The position numbers and the translations under genes are program-made. A stretch of DNA of 64,000 nt from Epiperipatus broadwayi (lineage: Eukaryota > Animalia > Onychophora): positions 22,072,001 through 22,136,000 of the forward strand of contig JAQFVV010000003.1 of assembly GCA_028023455.1 (NCBI GenBank), written 5' to 3'. The notes under the pieces were generated by a model. The model made no database searches. It was not told the origin of the DNA and worked only from the letters and a program-made list of their open reading frames with translations. Below are positions 40,542-52,833 of this stretch, piece by piece. Positions within the stretch are counted from its first letter, which is position 1. Each line of letters begins with the position of its first letter.

Positions 40542-41897
40542 CTAAACAAAAAAAAAATCTTTTAATAATTAATTTGATGTTATTTGCTGATTCAAATTTA
40601 AATAAAATTTGAATCAAGTTTTCTGTTCAAAATGATAAGCACTATTTAAAAACTATTTACTTTCAAAAAATGTGGCTTAAAAATTAAAACCAACTAGACA
40701 ATCCTTTACATATATTTTGTATTTTGTAAGTCAACTTTTTATGTAAGACTAATTTCCATTTAACTGCATGTTTAACCAGTAGCTATGGTGCAGAATGATA
40801 TTTTTTTAATAAATTAAAATAACTATTATAGTATATACAAGCGCTTTAAAATGCTGGGTGAAGAAGTTATTAATGGCAAATAATCAAAATAAATCAATGT
40901 AGGCTAAGCTCTTTCGAGATGTTATCCCTCATAATCATAGCCAAAATAGATTTTAAATCACTGTTGTGATATTGTTAAATGGTAATGTATGCAAATGCAT
41001 ATGTAAATTAATCGACTTGTCCATTTTCTGGAGATAGCAAAGCATGTGTCTTATCTATTAATAGCATTATTGTCATTGATGATAAAATACGTTTCTTTTA
41101 TCTTCCTTTTGCAGTCGTCATGAGACAAATAAAAACTGATGATTATGTTGACTTAGACAACAAACTTTTTTAAAAAATTTTAAATTTTTTATATATGCTT
41201 GGAGCTATTAATGCAATTTCAGATTTTATGTAAATTTTACAGAAACAAATGATTACCTATAAGACATTATTGTTTATTTAAAAATTTGTTTTATTTATGA
41301 CTCAAAAATTAAAGACTTTTGAATTTCTGGTTGAACAAAATAAAAATAAAACAATTTTTTTATTATCAAATAAAATTATTATGCTTCATTTGTTATTTGG
41401 GTAATCAATTATATCATACAACTCCCAAGCAAGTAACTAGTCAATTATTTTTTAATACAAGAAATAAATAAAAGCAGTGGACAATAGATGGCAATGAAGT
41501 CAGATTCTTAAATTATTCTCCATTTTATTATTCAAATCAGTGGATTAAAAATCAAATTATCTAAGATTTTAAACTTGACACTTCATCTTCTGGAATTAAA
41601 AAAGAGATGTTCCTAATGTCAATTAATATAAGTCAGAAAGAAAGACACCGTAATATTTATTACTTTTTATCCCTGTTTTACCAATAAGTCAAAGGTACCT
41701 ACAGTTAACTTAAAAAATTAATATATATATATTGGTGTCATGTTATCAATATAGTTATAAAAAAATCTGATTGGTTTGAGTTTAAAACTTTAATGTGTTT
41801 GAATTTACAATCTATTAGTTTGAATTGCGAGATAGAAGAATGATCAACAGTGTACATCTAATGTGTCATACTAGATAAGGATCAATAAGCTAAAATC

Positions 41898-42885
41898 TAA
41901 AATATAATGTTCTTTTCACATTAAAATCAATCAAAATACTCTCCTTTTTTCTTTCCAAAAACTTTATTTTTTCCATCACCATAATATATACATTTACTTG
42001 TTTACCACATCCAATGTTTCAACCACCTTATTTGTAGTCATTTTCAAGGATCTACAAAATTCATATTATATTTTTATAATTAAAAATAAAATAAAAACAC
42101 AAAAATGCATCTACGCCTATCATAAAAAAACAATAACATTTTCCTTTCATTTATCCATACCTCCTTTTTTATATATACTACATTATATATACACTACCCT
42201 TACTTGCTTCTTTCCTCTTCAAACTTCCTTTTTACTTATACCTTTCCTTTTTTTAAAAAAACTAACCACAAATATATTTTCCTTTTCTTTTTATACCCCT
42301 TAAGTACTTACTTAAAAACAATACCTTTACAAACAAATTTATTTTTTACTTAAAATATATCATTTATATAATTTATTCTATTCAGAACAGGTTTATTTCT
42401 TTTTATATATAAACTCTCCTTTACCATTCTCTCTTTATACAATCTTACTTTCTCCAACATTGGTGCCGATATAGTGCGCGCTTGGCACCATTTTGAATTT
42501 TAATTTTTTATGTTAATTTCTTTTCCCACCATTTTTTGAAACTACGTGCTTCTAGTCAATGTCATTTAGTGCATGTATGTGTCAGCAGTGTTTTGGAGGT
42601 ATTTTAAAATTCAAAATAGCACCAAGCACGTACTATATTGGCACTCCAACATTTTTTATGTTAAAATCTATATGCCCAAATTTCGCAAATTTCTTACTAT
42701 GTATATTAACATTTGAATTTTTATTACACAAATGTTGTTTCAACCTTGTTTCTAATTTATTATTTCTTGTACCATTATATGACATATTCTTATTTTTTTT
42801 TTTACGATCTAAACACTCAATTCTATAAATACCATTCATATATATTTTCAACATCCCTATTTCTTGTTTCCTTTATCACATTATA
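41898..42885 (-). mobile_element. Penelope-like element 3' fragment, left arm of inverted pair
   Basis: GIY-YIG-like GIYRIECLDRK...SYNGTRNNKLETRLKQH...GHIDF (ORF 42633-42854) and a degenerate hammerhead at 42009-42051. Confidence 0.8.
42462..42645. mobile_element. 184-bp MITE with GG-initiated TIRs and 8-bp TSD (Merlin-like)
   Basis: ~40-bp TIRs GGTGCC(G/A)ATATAGT... and exact TSD ccaacatt at 42454-42461 and 42646-42653. Absent from the right Penelope arm. Confidence 0.8.
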
Positions 42886-43003
42886 AAAAAAAAGAAAAAA
42901 AAAGGAATTTATTAGTAGTTATAAGGTATCAAAAAATACTTTTTTTAATTATTAAAAAGATAATGAAGGATATAAATAGGAATTATGGAAAGAAGGTCAG
43001 CAC

Positions 43004-43080
43004 AACTGCCTTACAAGCAGTTGTCCCAGATTAGCAGGTTCACGTCCCGGCCGATGCTGTGACACATGAAAAAAAAAAAA
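43004..43080 (+). mobile_element. tRNA-derived SINE (family 1), 5'-truncated copy
   Basis: Shares GGTTCxCGTCCCGGCCGATGCTxTGACAC plus A-tail with the 35015-35125 copy. Confidence 0.8.
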
Positions 43081-43104
43081 CAGTATATAAAAGGAAGTAT
43101 AATT

Positions 43105-43870
43105 TAGGTGATGTAATAAAGAAAACAAGAAATAGGAATGTTGAAAATATGAATGGTATTTATAAAATTGAGTATTTAGATTGCAAAAAAGATGAGAATG
43201 TTGAGTATTTAGATTGTAAAAAAAATAAGAAGAATGTATCATACATTGATACAACATAGAATAAATTATAAACAAGGTTAAAATACTATTTGAGTAATAA
43301 AAAATTCAAATGTTAACATACACCGTAAGGAATATGGGCATATAGATTTTAAGATAAAAATGTTAGAGAAAGTAAGATTATATAGAGAGAGAATGGTAAA
43401 GGAGAGTTTATATATGAAAAGAAATAAACCTGTTCTAAATAGAATAAATTATATAAATGATATATTTTAAGTAAAAAATAAATTTGTATGTAATGGTATT
43501 ATTTTTAAGTAAGTACTTAAGGGATATATATTTGTGATTAGTTTTTTAAAAAAAAAAAATGTATAAGGAAAAAGGAAAAAGTTTGAAGAGGAAAGAAGCA
43601 AGTAAGTGTAATGTATATATAATGTAGTATATATAGAAAAAGAAGTATGGATAAATGAAAGGAAAATGTTATTGTTTTTTTATGATAAGGATAGATGCAT
43701 TTTTGTGTTTTTATTTTATTTTTAATTATAAAAATATAATATGTATTTTGTAGATCCTTGAAAATGACTACAAATAAGGTGATCAAAACGTTGGATGTGG
43801 TAAACAAGTAAATGAATATATATGGTGATAGAAAATGATTGGTTTTAATGTGAAAAGGGCATTATATTTT
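43105..43870 (+). mobile_element. Penelope-like element 3' fragment, right arm of inverted pair
   Basis: GIYKIEYLDCKK...SYIDTT GIY-YIG remnant, reverse complement of the left arm, degenerate hammerhead at 43754-43796. Confidence 0.8.
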
Positions 43871-46800
43871 ATAAGTCATATATATTTTTGAAAGAAAAAA
43901 AGGTGTGTGCAGTTGTTAAAAAGTTTTTAATGGTGGTAATAATAAGTAGAATAAGCTAAAATCCAGTTATAAAAGTCTGGCTTGTGCTTCCATTCAGTGC
44001 CTACTAATTTTATTCTTTGTTTATCTTGTGACTAATAGAATTAAAAAAGAGGTGAGTACTAACAAAAGCTAGTTGTAAAAAGTTTGACATCACTGCCATC
44101 TATTACCTATTAACTTAATTTTTACTTGTCTTGTGACTTGTAGAGTTGAAAAAAAAGAAGTCATTACTAGTAATAAATTTATATAACAAGAACAATCCAT
44201 TTATATCAGCAAACTAGAATATCAACAATAACAAAATAAGCAGAAACTTAACAAATAAAGTTATTTGTCCATAGGAAAATTGAATTAACTAGACAATAGA
44301 ATACTACTAATTGTATGATAACACTTGATCCATTAGTGATACCTTATTATCTCTTTTAAATTGTTTCACAAAGTAAAGCAACCATTTGCTTTATGTCAAT
44401 TATATGCAGCCACCTTGCAAGCAAGCAGTTGGTTGCAGACGGTTGTTGCGGGTTTGCCTTTCAGCCGATACTATGACATATGAAGAAAAAAATTAAACAA
44501 TCATCAAAAAATTCTAGCTATCCAAAACCCAGTCATGCAAGATATCTTAGATGGAAAATAGCATGTCAAGATTTTGTGATGAGTAAAAAAGAGCTCAATT
44601 TGCACATAAAATATTGCTTAGCATGATAACAAAATGATGAATATAAGAGCTAGAGATTCTAAATTGATTCTTAGCAGAGTAAAACAAAAAAAACTCAGTT
44701 TGATCAGGCAAGTGAAATTGTGCAATCTGCCTGTTGGGTGATTAATCAATGCTTGATCTCCTAAGCAATTAACCATATGATTATTTTTTAAGACAGTATT
44801 GAGAGTCATGACTGGCTACTTTAATCAAAAAAAAGTGAAAAGCCATTCTTCATTGATTCAAGATTCATTTTCACCACACCCACAAACCACACCCAGTTTG
44901 ATACATGATACAAATTTCTCATATTCATAATGTTGCACTGTTGATTTAAAATATCATCTTAAGACCCAACTGATGTAAGAACTTCTAAAGATATGATTTC
45001 TTTTTAAAATCTTGCATGTTTTGTTCTATTTGAGATCTTGAAACCACATAAAACTCTTTGACCATAAATAAGTGAAAATACAATTCTTAATACATCTGTT
45101 GCGTCAAATGGATGTGGAAACAATTGGCATTCATCTGTACCTAATTGGTCACAATTTGAAGGGTGACATTTGTAAAAACTTTGGGCTTCTTTTCATTTGA
45201 ATTTCAAACAGTTTTCTTAGGCTCAACAGTAACATTGCTCTATCCCAATGAAAAAGACCTCTATAAAACAAATGTGTTTAAATATGCAGTCAATTGATTT
45301 GAATAACAAGATAAAAATAAAAGGTAAAATAATCGTTTGACAACTTAAATCTTTATGCCAATATTATGCAAGCTTGAGGTAATAGATTTTCATATGCTTC
45401 ATTATTTAATAAATACAATATACTCACTTTGTATTTTCTTTGATCAATGCACACACTCTGGCTTAGAAAAATTAATATATTAATATATTTAACATAATTG
45501 TAAAAATCTATATCTTTTTTTTTTCTACAATTTGTCTACAGTAAATGATATCTAAAAAGACTCAGAGGAAAATGGTGTCATATTATTTTCTAACTTTATT
45601 AAGACTTTTATTCTTTTCATTATTACAAGAGTAAATCTTTTCATCATACTCTACAGCCTTCTATTTATAAACTTTAGTAATCAATGAATATTAGATGGTA
45701 AGTTATAATGCTTCATCCCTATACTGTTTTAAAGCTTATAGTAGGTAGCTTTAAGTAGAATAAAAAAATCCGCTCTTGGAACATATCACTAAGCATCTGA
45801 CAAAATTATATGGTATTATTGTTAGTACAAATTGCCTATGATTGGAATAAAATTGAAATATCAAATAGCTATAGAAATTAAGTTGATATCAGATCTGTAC
45901 TATTATACAAAAGAACAGTATAGAGGAGTAAAAGATAGCCACTAGTTGCATAAATATTTTAAATCCAGATTTGATTATATTTCTTACTGAAGAAGACAAA
46001 AGCAGAAAACCAGTCTGGGGATAAGGATATTATAGCAATATTATCTGGGGGCCATTAATTACTCAAGTTTACAATACATAGTTCTAGAGTAAAGTGAAGA
46101 AGAGATACATTCTTGAAAGCATATGAGAAAGTCATTTGATACTATTGTTTGTAATATTAATAATTTACTGAATATTCATTACAACAGTGCCTAAACTCGG
46201 GCTATACACATGGCTCCAACAAAAGGAAAACTAGTTTCATTATTGTAATACAAAACAAGTACAGAGTAAACTTATCTTTATGATTAACATTGACTAGTTC
46301 TCAGTTATAGGATATTAATATGATATTTGCAGTGAAAGAGTAGGCATTTTAAGGAATTTTACAAAATTACTTGCATCTGGGATCCTTTATGGAGGAGTCC
46401 AATATAGTTGTCAGTATGGCCCCTAGTCTCACATCTACATTGTGAAATGAATTGAATATCATTTTTCCTAGAAAGTGAACAATTTCCATTTTCTAAATTT
46501 AGATATCCAGTTTAATTTGTATCTAAATTTTCAACACAAGAGTGCACTGAAATCAACTACTTTATTGTTATGAGTTTCTGAATTAAAATGATAATTTGTT
46601 TTAATTGCTGTTGGCAGCCATATTTGTCCTTTCTTTTTAAACTAAATTATAAATTTTCAATCTGCATAATTTTCAATTTATCATAATGAATTAAGAGATC
46701 ATGTGATTTTACTTTTAAAATGTTAAGCTATTGAGATTCATAATGATGATCAACGCATTTATTCTTTTATAAATGAAAATATTTAAAATTTGATTAAATA

Positions 46801-49560
46801 AATACTAAAAAATTTAATTATAAGTTTAATTATTTTCAAAAGTGGCTTTCTTCATGTAGTTTGGCACAATGTTATGGGGATAAACTCTTGAACTAAAAGT
46901 TCAATCAATTCTAGACTAAACAAAAAAAAAAGCCCTGTCTAATCAATTAAATAGAGCTATCATACTCAACTTTGCTGCTTTGAAGTTCCTAAAACCTAAT
47001 GTCATTGGTCGAATATACAAAAGTACTATTTTATATCAAATGTTCATCTTTATCTAAACAAATTTATGTATAAAAAAGTGAACCAGATCTTTGAATTACA
47101 GATAATTCTCTCCTTAAAAGATCTGTTCCATGACTTCTTGCATACATTTGACTTTTAGCAAATAAAAAAATAAATGCTATAATACATCATAGCATGAAAT
47201 ACATGAAAACTGAGAGCTATATTGATTAAGAGTATTATAAATTTTTGGCAAAGCCTGGATTTAGAAAGTTAGTGAATGCAATATTAAAATTCCACTGTGA
47301 TGATTCAATATAATATTCACAAATTACTTAATCAAATCTTAGTTTAAAATGCATTACTATTCCTACCTTCCAGTTGAATGATATTTAACTTTTGAATTTC
47401 AGTAGTTTGTCATCACTATTTTGCAGCTTTATTTGTGTTTTATCTTGTGTTGGTGCAAACACAGCTATTACTGTTAGCTATAATCAATTTAACCAAAGAT
47501 TCAAAGTTTCCTAAATCAACTTTCAATAAAATAAAAAATGTTTGATTATTTGGTCAACTGAATTCCCCAGTGACTCTCTAAGTATTACATGACCTCTATT
47601 AAACACTTGCCATGTTGCATTTATCTTGATCCTTCATATGTCGTATGACTTCCTGGGTAACTGTAACTAATGATATGACATATGAATTATATTTTTTTAT
47701 TTATATCAATTTCTTGAAAGCATTTTAAGAAAGTGAAATAAAAATACTTAGAAAAAATTATATTTCTTCCTATATTCTTTTTTTTTTTTTCCAGTTTTAA
47801 TCTTGTCAGCAAAATATCACATGACTTACTTTGCTCTCATTAGAAATGCGCTTTTAGAAGTAATTCACTTTATTTATTCTATTCTAGAACTATTTATTAT
47901 CATGATTTAAAAGATTTAAAACAATATACTGGAAGTATAAGTGAAAATATTTTGAAACTCTTCCCTAACAAAGACCAATTCCCCCAAAACTAATCTACAA
48001 ATGTGGATTGTGACATTATCACTAAGCATCTATTAATTGTCCATGCTTTCAATAGATCGCTATGGAGAAGAATAAATGGAATGAATTACTATTCCTAGAT
48101 GTATAGAATTTGTGTATATATAATTAATTTTGGTGATCTATGTAAGCAGTTTTTCAAACTTCGAAAGCAATTTTACTAAGGTAAATACTTGCTAGCAATC
48201 AATGAGGATTAAATTTAAATACATCCTATTTATTCATTCTTTCAATTGTGCAATATTTTTTTTAAAATAAGCTGTTTCTTTGTAGCATAAAAGCAATGAT
48301 TATTTTTATCTGATAGAGTAGTCAATGCTGAAGCTTAAGATCTATGGACTTTGACTCCAGCTCCGTCTCTTCTCCCACTTCTTACGAACTCTCCAAGTTT
48401 GATGAATTACTTGATATTTTCAATGTCACAACTTAATGAGAGATGCAATGAGAAAAAATCATGTTAAGAATAACAGAAGCATAAAAAGCGATGTTTTCCA
48501 TATAACTTATTTCCTCCCTTTTCTCTCAATTCAAATATAACATATTTGATGATAATGAATGTGAACAAAGATGTATATTCCTGAGACACAAAACAAAATT
48601 AACATTAAAGCCAATCTTTTATGGTACTCAGTCTTGACTTATTAACAGTAGAGATATTCATTATTAGAATTTTTATCAAATGAACCTTTTCTTGATGGTT
48701 AATGATAACTCTGAAGTCTATACAACTTAAAAATTCTTTAGTGAAAATAATTAATCATTGCCTTGAGTTTTAGAAATTCTGTTAACAAGCATTTCAGACA
48801 ACTAGACAGATTTCTTATTTATTTTCAGTTGAAATTAAATCCAAAAAACATTTTTTTCACTAACAAGCAATTCTTTTCTGGAGGTAACTGCAAGGTACTC
48901 ATGTCAGAACTGACTGATTCCCATTGCAAACAAATCTCCAATGAGTTTAGTTTTCATCAGCTACTGTATCATGGAGTCAAATACTCAGAAACAAGTTGTT
49001 TTACTATTATGTCAACCACTCACCAGAATGCTACTCTTTTTACTGAGACAAATATTCATCATTAAGCCCATTTGATAATAAATCTACTCCTCATCAATAG
49101 CCTACTTTAACATTAAACCAATTACTCATAAAGCAACCTTATCAACATTTTATGATCAAACTACTCTTTCATTATATTAATTATCTTTCTTGGTCAATTC
49201 CATTTTTTTTACTTTTGAGTCAATTTTTCATTATTAAATCACTGCTTATCAATAAACTTCTCAATTATTGTGCTAAATCTTTAACGGTAGAAGCTACAAA
49301 CTCCATTTTACTCAGGTTCAAATAATTGCAGAAATATACAAGTGAATATGTGTGCTGTGTGCATGTAAAGATGGCTTACATATAATAAAACTTATAAAGA
49401 TTTATAAAATAAACAAACATACATAATAGACAATTCAGAGATGCAAAAAGTAAATAAGAAAAAAAAAATAGAAAACTTGCAACATAAACAGATATAATAA
49501 TAATGGTAAAATACAATCCAAGATTAATAAATACATAGATAAATATTTTGCAAAACTTAC

Positions 49561-49759
49561 AAAGGACCAATGATATTGTCTTCACAACCTCTTAATGAAC
49601 CATATATAATGGGAAATTTATGAATCTCCCATTTAAAAGTTCCAGAAATGCTTAAATTAACTGTAATGTGTACAGGATTGGTTGCTTCTGCCTGGTAGAA
49701 TCTAACCTCTCCTCGCACTCCATTGATAGAAATAGGAGCAATAAGAACTTCTTCACCAC
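49561..49759 (-). CDS. Rsod: SOD-repeat protein exon (first half of domain 1)
   Basis: CTAAC branch point and tgtag| acceptor; |gtaagt donor; 199 nt, phase 1 to phase 2. Reads GEEVLIAPISINGVRGEVRFYQ...KWEIHKFPIIYGSLRGCEDNIIGP, and TT|A joins it to YENNGDL in the large exon. Confidence 0.92.
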
Positions 49760-49809
49760 CTACATTTAAAATAAATAAATATATTATGTTAGCATATATA
49801 TATACACAG

Positions 49810-49968
49810 ACTAATAGATTACAACCAATTGCTACAATTTCAATCATGCTACCTGTGTTTAAAAATCCAAGACTGAATCACATACCTTAGATATGTGATT
49901 CAGTCTTGGATTTTTAAATACAAGTAATTCATTTGAAACAGTAACAATTGGTTGTATTCTATTACTGT
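49810..49968. repeat. Intronic palindrome / foldback with perfect 27-bp core stem
   Basis: 49858-49884 is the exact reverse complement of 49892-49918 around a 7-nt loop. The outer arms pair imperfectly. Confidence 0.95.
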
Positions 49969-50170
49969 ATGAGTTTCATTTAGCTTTATGCATAGGCATT
50001 AAATGTTCATTTTATAATTTTTCATGTATTTGGAAAAATATTCTCAACTTGTGATTTTAAAAATGTTAGGATTTAGCATAGATACTGTTTCTGAGAGAAT
50101 AGGTATATAAAATCCTATTTAAAAAAACAACAACATGCTTCATTATGTATTAATTAAAATAAAACTTTAC

Positions 50171-50247
50171 CATCCTTTAACCCAGAAATAATTAAAAGAG
50201 AATCCTAATAGAAGTAAAATGAGTGAATAAATAGATAAGGATTCCAT
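50171..50247 (-). CDS. Rsod: Candidate signal-peptide exon of the SOD-repeat gene (one base out of frame as given)
   Basis: ttttag|tgag ATG start, hydrophobic MESLSIYSLILLLLGFS..., ATG|gtaaag donor. The direct splice to 49759 gives TGG TGG TGA, whereas removing one base restores the frame. Confidence 0.55.
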
Positions 50248-50299
50248 CTCACTAAAAATATATACATATTTTGTTGACTGTTTTTCAGTAAGATGAAAA

Positions 50300-51500
50300 A
50301 GTACTTAGGTCACTGATGTTTAAAGACTCTTCTAAGTGTTCTATAGTATTTCTATGTGTGATTAACATCTGTTCAATTCTATTAGGCAAGTTATATCTGT
50401 CTTATTATTTTTTAGGCAGTGGGCATTCTGTCGAGGTTATAATTCTTGCAACTTATTTTCTAAAAATAATGTTTCACTTTCTTTATATTTCTCTTGGGAT
50501 ACCAGATATAAAATGCCATCCTGGTCACCACTTAAATAATTATCTCTGGAAATGGCTTTCTTTATTAGATAAGAATTCTATTATTCTTAGGAAGTCTTTT
50601 GCAAATGAATATATGCTATGACCACCTTTTCTCCCATGTGATTTAGATTAAGCTCTTTCCAAGCTATTTATATCATCTATTGGAGACTTTCCATATTGCC
50701 CTCTAAACATTCTCATTTTTAATAATTGATTGATGACTTCAGGGTTTAGTTCTTATTTTTTATATTTGAACATGGTTTTACATTTCATTGAATTTTCTTG
50801 ACTTTTGTATTTACTTTCCTATTCTGTTCTGCTTCTAATTTAAATTCTTCTCACCACCTTTCTAATTTCTTCCTCAATTTGTTATTTTCCATTTTTGCAA
50901 TATTTGTTTGCACTTGTACCTTTTCTTTCGTATTCTATTTGCAACCTTTTTATTCTCCTCTTCTGAGGAATTGAATAATTTCTTTCATTGATTCTTCTAC
51001 TCTATGAACTTGTTTCATAATATTCTTTTCTTTTTTATCTTTCTTGGTCAATTCCATTTTTTTTCATACCATGGATAATCTTTCCATCTTTTTACTGTTC
51101 CCCAATTTTACTTTGGATACTCTAGTTTATACGACTTTAAATCTTTTGACATTTTTATTTATATCTTCCATCTTTTTTGCATTCAACATACATGAACAGA
51201 TGTGCTGAACAAATATTTGAGCATCTCAGAATTTTTAATTTAATACAACCATGACAGGATATCTTATACTACTCCTCATTCTAGTTTTTCTTTAAATAAT
51301 TTTCGAGAAATGTTATTTATTTAAATAATTTGTGGTCATTGAGTTGATGTTCTTCTTAGATTTGAAATGGATTTGAAGTTTCTGAGTGTTAAAAGTATTG
51401 TGTAATATCCAATCATCTTCCATATGTAATATTGAATATTTGACTGAAGATTTTACATCCAACTTTATTAGTATTTTTTTCCTTTTGCAATAAAATTTAA
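50300..51500 (-). mobile_element. Probable decayed LINE 5' region (ORF1-like coiled-coil remnant)
   Basis: Purine-rich K/E-coding minus strand with many stops. Family not resolved. Confidence 0.35.
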
Positions 51501-52599
51501 TTATTTTAAATAATTATTGTTAAAAATGTACTTTCACTTGATTTTGTTAAGAGTTTTAAAAAAAAACTATCTTTGGTATTATTAATAACAAAAATTTATT
51601 TTATTTGGTTTTATATATATATTAATCAAATTTCATATATTCAAAGAAAGATATTATTTTTTAATAATTATTGAGATAACATCCACATATTAAACAGATA
51701 CTGCATCTCACAATATTCAAATAGAAACTGAAAATAAACAAGTGCAATATATCTATACAGAATTATAAATAAAATGCTTATATTAAAGAAATGAATTCCT
51801 GCTGCTGTAAACCAAATTAATGTTCTCAAAATATCAGGTTTTATGACTTACAAATCATTTTAAGTTAGATTATTAAAAAAAAAAAATATTGAAAATTATA
51901 ATTGCTTAATGTAATATTTATAATTGTATTTTATCATTAAAGTACCAACATTAGGCTATTTTTATAAGTGAAATATGGGATTGCAAAATGTAATATAAAA
52001 TAAAGGACAGTTCCAAATATACAGAATGTCTGATAAGGCTATCTTTGCTCTAAAGCTCCTGCCCTTGCTCCAAATAATACAATCCCTCTAGTGATATCAA
52101 AAACTTTTAACATTTTATATATTTTTTATTTTTATATAATCAGGTACTACTTTTTTCATTCATATTCATTCCCTTTAATTCTATTTTTTTCTATGTTCTT
52201 TTACTATCTCTCATAATCATACATCTGTGATACCTTCTCTAAACATTTATCTCATTTATAATTGCATAGAAATTGTATATTAACTTGGCATATTGTTAAC
52301 CCTTTCTTACCCAACATATTTATTATCGTCTCTACAATATTCAATTTTAACATTATTTTTATTTATCTATTTTCATTCATATATTGTAACTTCCTAAATT
52401 TTTAATTTGCATTTAATTGCACTCAAAAAAAAAATCCACAATATTTTCCTAAAATAGTCTTATTTGCTATCATTCTTCATAAAAACACACCCCCACCCCA
52501 TTTAATGATAGCAATGTCAATCTAATCTAAAAATTAATAATAAATTATAAACGGAATTACAAACTAATGAATTTACCATTATTTCCGTAAATAATTAAT

Positions 52600-52833
52600 T
52601 CGCGTTGTTGATTTATAAATAATACATACTGAGTTAAATGTGAAGATGTTTAAAGCTTCACGCTCTTAAGTCAAAATGCTTCAGACTGGCTTATATATAT
52701 ATAGAAATTTAAGTAAAGAGAAAGGTGGAACCACCTTTAAGAGCTCCCTATACAGTCATCATTACATTTGATTGGCTGTCATATAAGCATTCTAAAAGTG
52801 CATGTGAGAACGTTTCAGCCTTTCACTTTAATT
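52600..52833. repeat. Dispersed ~270-bp repeat, copy 2
   Basis: Reverse complement of 34262-34530, lacking a ~33-bp internal segment. Confidence 0.9.

Noticed and set aside
38372-40549. Treating the 725-aa ORF as a complete single-exon gene
   Set aside because: It starts at TTG in a polypyrimidine tract and ends in intron-like sequence. Splice sites at 40541 and 38450 join flanking exons in frame.
41998-43807. Near-identical ORF pair MFTTSNV... as duplicated small genes
   Set aside because: They are antisense readings of the AT-rich 3' regions of the inverted Penelope arms, starting in the hammerhead remnant.
48700-49250. Possible hAT transposase remnant (and a possible Tc1-like remnant at ~55900-56300)
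   Set aside because: Too degenerate to support by eye and no TIR or TSD found; it needs a translated HMM search.
49760-49847. MIEIVAIGCNLLVCV... as the N-terminus
   Set aside because: This stretch holds the branch point and acceptor tract and overlaps the palindrome arm, so it is intronic.
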